This document shows positions 28,244-34,921 of a stretch of 34,921 bases of DNA, in pieces. The translations under genes and the position numbers were made by a program. The stretch spans positions 1 to 34,921 of the IMG/VR virus record IMGVR_UViG_3300017774_006880; one strand, written 5' to 3'. Below the pieces are notes generated by a model. That model searched no databases. It was given only the letters and a program-made list of their open reading frames with translations, and had not been told where the DNA came from. The DNA comes from a virus. Lineage: Duplodnaviria; Caudoviricetes. Each line of letters starts with the position of its first letter. Position 1 is the stretch's first letter.

Positions 28244-30774
28244 AATTTTTAGAACAATTTAAAAACATTGAAATGAAGAATGTCAACCTTGTTAGGTTGC
28301 CAAACATTTCTTTTACAAAAGATGAAAAGGGTGTACTTGCCGATAAAGCGGATACGAATGAACAGTTTCTTCAACAGCTAGTGAACGAAGGTTGGAAGAA
28401 ATTTCGTGACAAGATTCCCGAACATAAAAAGAAAATCTATCTTGATCGTATCAAAGAAGAGTTTGATATTGTTAAAGACTTAGGATTCATTGATTATTTT
28501 CTTCTAGTTTGGCGCGTTATCAATAAGGCTAGACAGCTTGGGGCCTTTATTGATTGGGGCCGTGGTTCTGCGGCTGGAAGTCTTATTTTCTATTTGATTG
28601 GGGTTACCGGTGTGGATCCTATTGATAAAAATCTATTTTTTACCCGCTTTATTTCAAAGATTCGTGCCAAGAAAGAAATCATTGATGGCATTACCTATAT
28701 CCAAGGTGATCTTGCACCAGACGTTGATATTAATTTGGGTGGAGTTAGAGAAGAAATTATTGAATGGCTTAAGAAATGTTATCCGAATAAAGTTTGCAAA
28801 ATCTCTTCAGTGTCTACTTTTTCTGGTAAGATCCTTGTAAAAGATGTTTTTAAAATCATTAATGAAGCAAGTGAAGAAGATGCTAGTAGCTTGGCCGATA
28901 CTATCGGTAAGCATTTCGGAGTTGTCGAAGACATAGAAGACTCTTATAAAAATAGTGAGAAATTTAAAGATTGGGCTGATCGTTATTCAGAGACGTATCA
29001 GATTGCTTTAAAACTTAGAAGCCTTATTCGCGGAAAGTCTACCCATCCAAGCGGCTATTTTATTTCGTGCTATCCATTGGATAAATTCGTGCCCGTAGAA
29101 ATGAATAAAGAAGGCGAGTTGGCGATTTCATATGAAATGAATACTGCCGCCAAATTTGGTATTAAGCTTGATCTTCTTGGGCTTATCAGTAATGAAATTA
29201 TTAAGAATGTATTTGAATTAATCCCAGAGAAACTTGAAGACATTAATCTTGACGATAATGAAGAAGTTTATTCTCATCTTCAAAGAGAAGATTTAATGCC
29301 GTATGGTCTTTATCAGATTAGTGCCGATTGCGCTTACCGTGTTTGTAAAAATATTCGCCCAGCGAACATTTCGCATTTGAGTGACGTAAACGCTATCGCC
29401 AGACCTGGAGCCCTAGCCTACGAAAAAGACTATATTAATTTTTCTGGAGAAGCCCCGCATGAAAAACTTGTATCAGTGTTTGCAGAGACTAGAAATCTTC
29501 CGCTTTATCAAGAGCAATTAATTCAAGCTCTTGTTACAGTCGGATTCACACCAGATGAATCTGAATACATTCGCCGTATCATTGGTAAAAAGAAGCGCGA
29601 CGAAATGCCGAAATGGAAAGACAAGGTATTTGAAACTTGCGAAAAGAACGGTTTTGGAGAACAGGTTGCAGAAGCAATTTGGAAGGTCATGATAGATTCA
29701 GCCGACTATTCGTTTAATAAATCTCACAGTTATTGCGTGGCCTATCTTGGGGCACTGACGGTTTATCTTAAATATAAGTATCCCCTTGAGTTTTTTACGG
29801 CATGTCTTAATGCGGTTCAAAAGCTTCCAGATCCAATGGATGAGATCAGACAGATCGAAAGGGAGCTACCTTATTTTAATATAAAATTGCTTCCACCGCA
29901 TTTGTTGAAGTCAGACGTAAGATTTACTGTAGAAGATAAAAATATTCGTTATGGTTTAAGTGCGATCAAGGGCGTTTCTGATAGTTCAATTGAAAAGCTG
30001 GTTAAGTTTAGGGGCGAGTATGATCACAAAATTGATTGCTTCTTAGCTGCAAAACAGGCTGGATTAAATATTGGAATTATTTCTGCATTAATTCAAGCTG
30101 GAGCTTTAGACGATCTTGGGTCTTCAAGGCCGCACCTTGTATTACAGGTGCAAGCGTTTAATCTTCTTACCGATAAAGAAAAACGTTTAGTAAAAGCGTT
30201 GCATGACGATGGGGAAGATAAAAATATTCTTAATATTATTAAACTACTTGTAGACAAAAAGCAAATTAAGGAGTCTAGATTTGAAACCTTTAAAAAGAAA
30301 TATTTGCCTTACAGACAAATCTTTGAATTAAACTCTCGTAATGAGGCACTTACAAATTACTTTTATGAAAAAAACTGTTTGGGGTTTAGTTACAGTCAAA
30401 ACCTAACTAAAATTTTTAAACACAGTAATCATAATTTTATTACAATCAAGGACGCTTTTGAAACAAAAGAAGACAACGATAGAATTTTAATTATCGGGGA
30501 AATTAATGAACCGCCAAGACAGTCTAAGTCAAGGAATGGTAATAAGTTTTTTAAGGCCAACGTTACTGACGATACAGGAAAGATATCAGCTTTACTTTTT
30601 GACGGTAGGTTTGAACTGTTCGAAGACTGTAAGGCTAAAAACGGCGGACAGTTTCCAGAAGAGGGTGATATTGTAATTATTAAGGGCCGCCTTAAAGGAA
30701 CGGATGCCGTTTTTGCGGACGAGATTGTTAAACAGGATTGTAAAATATATAAAAATATGAGAGATTTGAAGTAA
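28240..30774 (+). CDS. dnaE: DNA polymerase III alpha catalytic core lacking the PHP domain
   Basis: GFIDYFL, GRGSAAGSL, PDVD, THPSG, KLDLLGL, LYQEQ, YSFNKSH, YGLSAIKGV, C-terminal OB fold. Confidence 0.93.
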   Translation: MKFLEQFKNIEMKNVNLVRLPNISFTKDEKGVLADKADTNEQFLQQLVNEGWKKFRDKIPEHKKKIYLDRIKEEFDIVKDLGFIDYFLLVWRVINKARQLGAFIDWGRGSAAGSLIFYLIGVTGVDPIDKNLFFTRFISKIRAKKEIIDGITYIQGDLAPDVDINLGGVREEIIEWLKKCYPNKVCKISSVSTFSGKILVKDVFKIINEASEEDASSLADTIGKHFGVVEDIEDSYKNSEKFKDWADRYSETYQIALKLRSLIRGKSTHPSGYFISCYPLDKFVPVEMNKEGELAISYEMNTAAKFGIKLDLLGLISNEIIKNVFELIPEKLEDINLDDNEEVYSHLQREDLMPYGLYQISADCAYRVCKNIRPANISHLSDVNAIARPGALAYEKDYINFSGEAPHEKLVSVFAETRNLPLYQEQLIQALVTVGFTPDESEYIRRIIGKKKRDEMPKWKDKVFETCEKNGFGEQVAEAIWKVMIDSADYSFNKSHSYCVAYLGALTVYLKYKYPLEFFTACLNAVQKLPDPMDEIRQIERELPYFNIKLLPPHLLKSDVRFTVEDKNIRYGLSAIKGVSDSSIEKLVKFRGEYDHKIDCFLAAKQAGLNIGIISALIQAGALDDLGSSRPHLVLQVQAFNLLTDKEKRLVKALHDDGEDKNILNIIKLLVDKKQIKESRFETFKKKYLPYRQIFELNSRNEALTNYFYEKNCLGFSYSQNLTKIFKHSNHNFITIKDAFETKEDNDRILIIGEINEPPRQSKSRNGNKFFKANVTDDTGKISALLFDGRFELFEDCKAKNGGQFPEEGDIVIIKGRLKGTDAVFADEIVKQDCKIYKNMRDLK

Positions 30775-30790
30775 ACTATCAAATTCTTAG

Positions 30791-30796
30791 GTGTAA
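30791..30796 (+). promoter_or_regulatory. GTGTAA motif 10 nt before the ATG at 30807
   Basis: TAGGTGTAAATTATATATTATG. Confidence 0.5.
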
Positions 30797-30806
30797 ATTA
30801 TATATT

Positions 30807-31259
30807 ATGCCTCTAGTTGCTCCAAAAAAATCAGAAAAACAGGGTGAATTCGTTTCTCGTTGTATGGGCGAAGAAACAATGAATAAAGATTTCCCTAATC
30901 AAAAACAGCGCGCTGCAGTATGTTATTCCCAGTGGGGAGATAAGAAAGCCAAAGCAAGTTTGGTTATAGGACAGGGCGATAACGAAATGTTGTTTGAACT
31001 CAACAAGAACAAGGCTCTGGCGGAAACCCTAGAAGAATATAAAAACGATTTTTATGAAATGTCTGTAGGTTCTTTAAACTCTATCCGACAACATGCTGAC
31101 AATATTTTAAAGTCTTTAGAAAATCCTATGATTAAAGAAAATTTAACCGAATCTTGGTTACAGGGCAAAATAGCCATTACGGAAGATTACATGCTCACTA
31201 TTCATAATTATGTAATGTTTGTAAAAGACCAGGAAGATTTTTCAACAGGCAATGAATAA
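30807..31259 (+). CDS. Two-module phage protein, probably virion/head associated
   Basis: Module 1: P..SE...EFVSRCM...FPNQKQRAAVCYSQW. Module 2: M....L..I...A...ESWLQGKI....DY. Both recalled as recurrent small phage domains. Confidence 0.65.
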   Translation: MPLVAPKKSEKQGEFVSRCMGEETMNKDFPNQKQRAAVCYSQWGDKKAKASLVIGQGDNEMLFELNKNKALAETLEEYKNDFYEMSVGSLNSIRQHADNILKSLENPMIKENLTESWLQGKIAITEDYMLTIHNYVMFVKDQEDFSTGNE

Positions 31260-31674
31260 TATATTTAATTACATATCTAATTCTTTATCGAATTATTTTT
31301 TAGAGTCGGCAAGATCGGGACCTAGATCTTCTGCACAAACGCCAGCCAAACCAAGTGAAAGAAGAAAAGGGTCGAGCAAAAATCCAAAAGGAACTGCAAC
31401 CAAACAAAAAGCCGCAAAAATTGAATTCACACAAGCTGTTGTTACTGCTTTAAAAAATAAAGTTAAAGAACATAATGCCAAATCTAGTAAAAAAGTTAGC
31501 CTTGGTCAGTTAAAAGCGGTTTATCGTCGCGGTGCAGGAGCCTTTTCTTCTTCTCATCGTCCAGGAATGACGCGGGGTGGATGGGCGATGGCCCGAGTCA
31601 ATATGTTTCTTAAGATGGTTCGCGGTGGCAAAGTAAAAGAATCTTATAGAAAAGCTGACAGCGATCTTGTATAA
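31252..31674 (+). CDS. Highly basic phage protein (DUF5824-like motif)
   Basis: LKAVYRRGAGAFSSSHRPG....WAMARVNMFL, K/R-rich. Confidence 0.65.
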   Translation: MNNIFNYISNSLSNYFLESARSGPRSSAQTPAKPSERRKGSSKNPKGTATKQKAAKIEFTQAVVTALKNKVKEHNAKSSKKVSLGQLKAVYRRGAGAFSSSHRPGMTRGGWAMARVNMFLKMVRGGKVKESYRKADSDLV

Positions 31675-31675
31675 T

Positions 31676-32362
31676 ATGAAAATTAATAAACATTTTGACG
31701 AAAGAACTAAAACTTTAAAAGTCGGTTTTGAAACAGATTTTTTTTCGGAACAAGATTTAGAAGAGGCTAAAAATGATCTAATTGCAGCTGGAGCCCTTGA
31801 GACATCTTTGAATGAAGAAATCGACGAGACGCTCTTCGAAAATTCATATCTAGATGAATGTGAAGATTGTGAAAATGAAGAAGATGCATACGGAAGCGAA
31901 GAAGAGATTGATGAAGATAATTTTTACATTCCCCAAGAATCAGAATATGTTACAGCAGAAGAAGTTGAATTAGATGAATCTGAAATTATAGAAGTTGAAG
32001 CCGCTGGGCTTTGGGAGAATATCAGAAAGAAAAAAGCCAGAGAGGGTAAAAATTATAAACCAGCAAAACCTGGAGACAAAGACCGTCCACAGAAAGAAGC
32101 TTGGGAAAGAGCTAAAGGTGCTGAATATCAAGGTAGAAAAGTTACTTTAAATAAACCTTTTAGAACTTCTGGAGGTCCTAAAAAGTTTGCGGTTTACACT
32201 ACAAACGAAAGTGGCAATGTTGTTATTGTAAGATTCGGAGATCCGAATATGAAAATCAAAAAAAATATCCCAGCTCGCAGAAAAAGTTTTCGTGCAAGAC
32301 ATCGTTGCGAGACTCCTGGTCCAAAATATAAAGCTAGATATTGGGCTTGTAAGAGTTGGTAG
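31676..32362 (+). CDS. Modular phage protein: acidic N-half plus two basic modules
   Basis: E/D-rich N-half, then GLWENIRKK, then AEYQGRKVTLNKP...RFGDPNM...RRKSFRARHRC...ARYWACKSW. Confidence 0.7.
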   Translation: MKINKHFDERTKTLKVGFETDFFSEQDLEEAKNDLIAAGALETSLNEEIDETLFENSYLDECEDCENEEDAYGSEEEIDEDNFYIPQESEYVTAEEVELDESEIIEVEAAGLWENIRKKKAREGKNYKPAKPGDKDRPQKEAWERAKGAEYQGRKVTLNKPFRTSGGPKKFAVYTTNESGNVVIVRFGDPNMKIKKNIPARRKSFRARHRCETPGPKYKARYWACKSW

Positions 32363-32370
32363 TTTAGGGC

Positions 32371-32399
32371 TTGATTTTTAAATCAATTTATTCTATCAT
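32371..32399 (+). promoter_or_regulatory. Sigma70-like promoter with an inverted repeat over the -35 box
   Basis: TTGATT(32371-76)-17 nt-TATCAT(32394-99)-9 nt-ATG(32409). Inverted repeat TTGATTT-tt-AAATCAA. Confidence 0.6.
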
Positions 32400-32408
32400 A
32401 CTTAGTAT

Positions 32409-32693
32409 ATGATAGTAACATGGACAGTAAAAGGCGTAGACTGGTCTCAAGAAGTTCGCGCCAGTATTGATTCAGAACCTTCCGAGATTGCTACCCGTGC
32501 AGTTGAAACGATTGTTTCAGCCCTAGGAGACTCTGATGAAATTGAATTCGGGGCGATCCTAATGATTCAACACGATAAAATGAAGAGTGAAGACGAACAT
32601 CTTGTTGTTTATGCTCCTGCAATTTTAGCCAATGCTGGTTACTATAAAGACGCAGAAGAACTTAAGATTGCAGCCGATAAAGAATTTTTGTGA
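32409..32693 (+). CDS. Hypothetical acidic protein
   Basis: 94 aa ORF behind a promoter, with a GTGA overlap to the next gene. Confidence 0.7.
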   Translation: MIVTWTVKGVDWSQEVRASIDSEPSEIATRAVETIVSALGDSDEIEFGAILMIQHDKMKSEDEHLVVYAPAILANAGYYKDAEELKIAADKEFL

Positions 32694-33931
32694 ACCAGAA
32701 TCTTACATATGATGAATACAGGGAGATTCTAGAATCTCTTTTAGAGCATCACGGAGTATTTTATCAGTTTTGGCGTTTGGTTAAACCCGTTTATAGTAAT
32801 GATGTCCCTACCGCGTGTGTTGGTTTCAATAAAGAGGGTAACTGTATTGAATTCTTAATTAATAAAAAATTCTGGGAAAAACAAAGTAATCATAATAAAA
32901 AATTTATCATTGCACACGAATGTCTACATGTAATTAATTCTCATGGTAAGCGTGCTGGTAAAAAAATGTCCAACTTGGCAAATCAAGCTATGGATATTGT
33001 TGTTAATGAAGGGCTTGTAAAATATTTTAAATTTAATCGAAAAGAAATAGATCCTAAAACAGAATATTACTGGCTTGATAATTCTTTTGATAACGATCCA
33101 ACAATTTTGCCTTGGAATAGTTTTGAGTACTACTACAATCGTCTTCTTAAAGACTCCAAATTTGTAAAGAATAAACGCTTAATCAGTGATCACAGTGGTC
33201 TTGGAGATTTTCCCGAACAGTCTGTTCAAGAAATTGTTAACCACCTTTCGGATGAAGACGCAGAAAGTTTAAAAAATATCTCAGAAGATGCGGAAAAAAA
33301 TGTTCGTAAAAATGATGATAATCAAAGTATTGGCAACACAAAGGGTGGATTAATACAAAAAATTGAAAATAAACCATTTAAACGTAAAAAGAAATGGGAA
33401 AGTGTTATTAAACGTTTTGAAAAGAAAATGTCACAAGACGAAGGGCTAGAATCTCATTGGGTTATGAAAGATCGTCGTCTATATAATTTAAATTTTAATA
33501 TATTCCTGCCTTCAGATGTTGAGCAAACATTAAGAAAAACAGAAAGCGAAAAAATTGCTACTTGGTTTTTTATGGATACAAGCGGCTCTTGTTGGGGGTT
33601 AGCCCCTAGATTTTTTCATGCTGCTAAAAGTCTTGATCCAGAAAAATTTGATGTTAAGTATTTTGCTTTTGACACTCAAGTTTATAAAGTAGATCTTAAA
33701 AAACAAAAACTTGAAGGCGGTGGTGGAACAAGTTTTAGATGTATTACCGATTTCATTTATAATTACAATCAAGCTAAACCATTTGTTTGGGTTCTTACTG
33801 ACGGATGGGGTAATGGAGCAAAAATTCCCGAAGATCAAAAGAAAAAATGGAACTGGTTTTTAACAGACAATGGAACTACAGCCTATATTCCACAAGGTTG
33901 CAAAATACATGAGCTTAAAAATTTTGAATAG
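32690..33931 (+). CDS. Metallopeptidase-VWA protein (DUF2201-like)
   Basis: PTACV, HECLH (HExxH), N.AMD..VN, MIDAS DTSGS, FDT, GGGTSF, LTDG. Confidence 0.85.
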   Translation: MNQNLTYDEYREILESLLEHHGVFYQFWRLVKPVYSNDVPTACVGFNKEGNCIEFLINKKFWEKQSNHNKKFIIAHECLHVINSHGKRAGKKMSNLANQAMDIVVNEGLVKYFKFNRKEIDPKTEYYWLDNSFDNDPTILPWNSFEYYYNRLLKDSKFVKNKRLISDHSGLGDFPEQSVQEIVNHLSDEDAESLKNISEDAEKNVRKNDDNQSIGNTKGGLIQKIENKPFKRKKKWESVIKRFEKKMSQDEGLESHWVMKDRRLYNLNFNIFLPSDVEQTLRKTESEKIATWFFMDTSGSCWGLAPRFFHAAKSLDPEKFDVKYFAFDTQVYKVDLKKQKLEGGGGTSFRCITDFIYNYNQAKPFVWVLTDGWGNGAKIPEDQKKKWNWFLTDNGTTAYIPQGCKIHELKNFE

Positions 33932-33956
33932 ACTTTAAATTAAAAAATCTTATAAT
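33929..33956 (+). promoter_or_regulatory. Sigma70-like promoter, probably leaderless
   Basis: TAGACT(33929-34)-16 nt-TATAAT(33951-56)-6 nt-ATG(33963). Confidence 0.65.
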
Positions 33957-33962
33957 ACAAAT

Positions 33963-34921
33963 ATGGCTCAAGATATCAATACAATTAAAAACAAATTAAA
34001 CCAGTATTTTAAACTTGGTAAGAATGTATTGCTTGAAGGTCGTCATGGTACTGGTAAAACAACTCTTGTTACAGAAGTCTTTAGTCAAAATTGTAAAAAT
34101 TGGTTGTATTTCTCTGGTTCAACCCTCGATCCTTGGGTGGACTTTGTTGGCGTTCCCAAAGAAATTAAAAAAGGAAATGATTATGTACTTTCCTTTGTAT
34201 TGCCAGAAAAAATGGCAGATGAAAATGTAGAAGCTATTTTTATTGATGAATACAATAGAAGCCACAAAAAAATTCGTAATGCAACAATGGAGCTAGTTCA
34301 ATTCAAAAGTATTAATGGTCGTAAATTTCCCAATCTTAAAGTTGTATGGGCGGCTATTAATCCCAATGACGAAGATGAAGAATATGATGTAGAAGAACTT
34401 GATGGCGCACAGATTGACCGTTTTCAAATTAGAATGAAAGTTCCCTTTGTTCCCGATCTAGATTATTTTAAACAAAAATTCGGAAATGATTGGGCAAAAT
34501 CTGCGCTTGAATGGTGGAATGGTATTCCAGAAAAAAGTAAAAAATTAATTTCTCCTAGACGTTTAGACTACGCACTAGAAATTCAGAAAGAGGGTGGAGA
34601 CCTGTTTGACGTTTTGCCGCTAGAAACAAACCCAACAAAACTCATTGCAACCCTAAAGCTTGGTAGTCTAGAGGATAAAATTAAAAGCCTTTTTAAACTA
34701 AAAGATGCAAAGAAGGCTCAAAAGTTTTTCGAAGATGAGAACAATTTTCAAGCGGCGTTACCAATTATTAAAAGAAAAGCAGATTACCTAAAGTTCTTTT
34801 TGCCTACAATTGATAATGAACGTATTACTTCCTTATTCTTTAGTGACGTACATTTTAAAACATTTATTCTAGATCACGCTCCATATTTTAAGCCAGCACT
34901 AGAAGAGATTTCTAAATTAAA
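33963..34921 (+). CDS. MoxR-like AAA+ ATPase, 3' truncated by the window
   Basis: Absent from the ORF track and translated by hand: MAQDINT...LLEGRHGTGKT...DFVGVP...FIDEYNR...AAINP...IDRF...SPR. Open to the window end. Confidence 0.88.
   Translation, partial: MAQDINTIKNKLNQYFKLGKNVLLEGRHGTGKTTLVTEVFSQNCKNWLYFSGSTLDPWVDFVGVPKEIKKGNDYVLSFVLPEKMADENVEAIFIDEYNRSHKKIRNATMELVQFKSINGRKFPNLKVVWAAINPNDEDEEYDVEELDGAQIDRFQIRMKVPFVPDLDYFKQKFGNDWAKSALEWWNGIPEKSKKLISPRRLDYALEIQKEGGDLFDVLPLETNPTKLIATLKLGSLEDKIKSLFKLKDAKKAQKFFEDENNFQAALPIIKRKADYLKFFLPTIDNERITSLFFSDVHFKTFILDHAPYFKPALEEISKL

Noticed and set aside
26854-30774. Split intein or pseudogenised dnaE
   Set aside because: No intein-like termini (C1 or HN-C/S/T) are visible. 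All three genes are intact and coupled, and the catalytic aspartates are present.
1753-31675. Upstream-extended starts in the ORF track (1753, 5331, 10264, 11691, 15387, 19076, 22310, 25118, 26836, 27557, 31667)
   Set aside because: Downstream ATGs fit domain starts, stop/start coupling or promoter spacing better.
32371-32386. FNR box
   Set aside because: The spacing is TTGAT-N6-ATCAA, whereas FNR needs N4.
1198-34230. Short shadow ORFs (e.g. 1198-1413, 2967-3347, 10425-10790, 21207-21686, 30429-30782, 34015-34230)
   Set aside because: They lie within or opposite well-supported genes and carry no recognisable motifs.
1-34921. Stop-codon reassignment
   Set aside because: Standard-code ORFs tile the window densely, and TAA, TGA and TAG all end genes at sensible protein boundaries.
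1-34921. tRNA, rRNA, intrinsic terminators or long repeats
   Set aside because: Intergenic gaps are at most about 65 nt and AT-rich. No cloverleaf, GC hairpin with U-tract or long repeat was seen by eye.
1-34921. Eukaryotic giant virus origin
   Set aside because: DnaE, DnaB, a DnaG-like primase, RecA, overlapping operonic genes and sigma70-like promoters indicate a bacterial virus.

Overview
Gene-dense, AT-rich segment of a large tailed dsDNA bacteriophage genome, read in the standard genetic code with all genes but one on the + strand. The left end has a class II (B12-type) ribonucleotide reductase, gmd and a RecA-like recombinase. Next is a ~17 kb, 19-gene island (4460-21331) of apparently soluble glycan enzymes: three GT9-like, two GT2-like and three GT4-like glycosyltransferases, two further putative transferases, four methyltransferases, an SDR, a HAD/nucleotidyltransferase fusion, a GDPD-like protein and a ColD-type PLP enzyme. 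A replication block follows: nuclease, dNMP kinase, DnaB, primase, dCMP deaminase, PD-(D/E)XK exonuclease, and a DnaE polymerase split into PHP, exonuclease and core genes. The right end has three modular, probably virion-associated proteins and a VWA-metallopeptidase/MoxR ATPase pair. Non-coding spacers contain two candidate promoter classes, both immediately upstream of the ATG (leaderless-type): six sigma70-like promoters and three GTGTAA motifs. Family assignments come from recognising motifs by eye, not from database searches.
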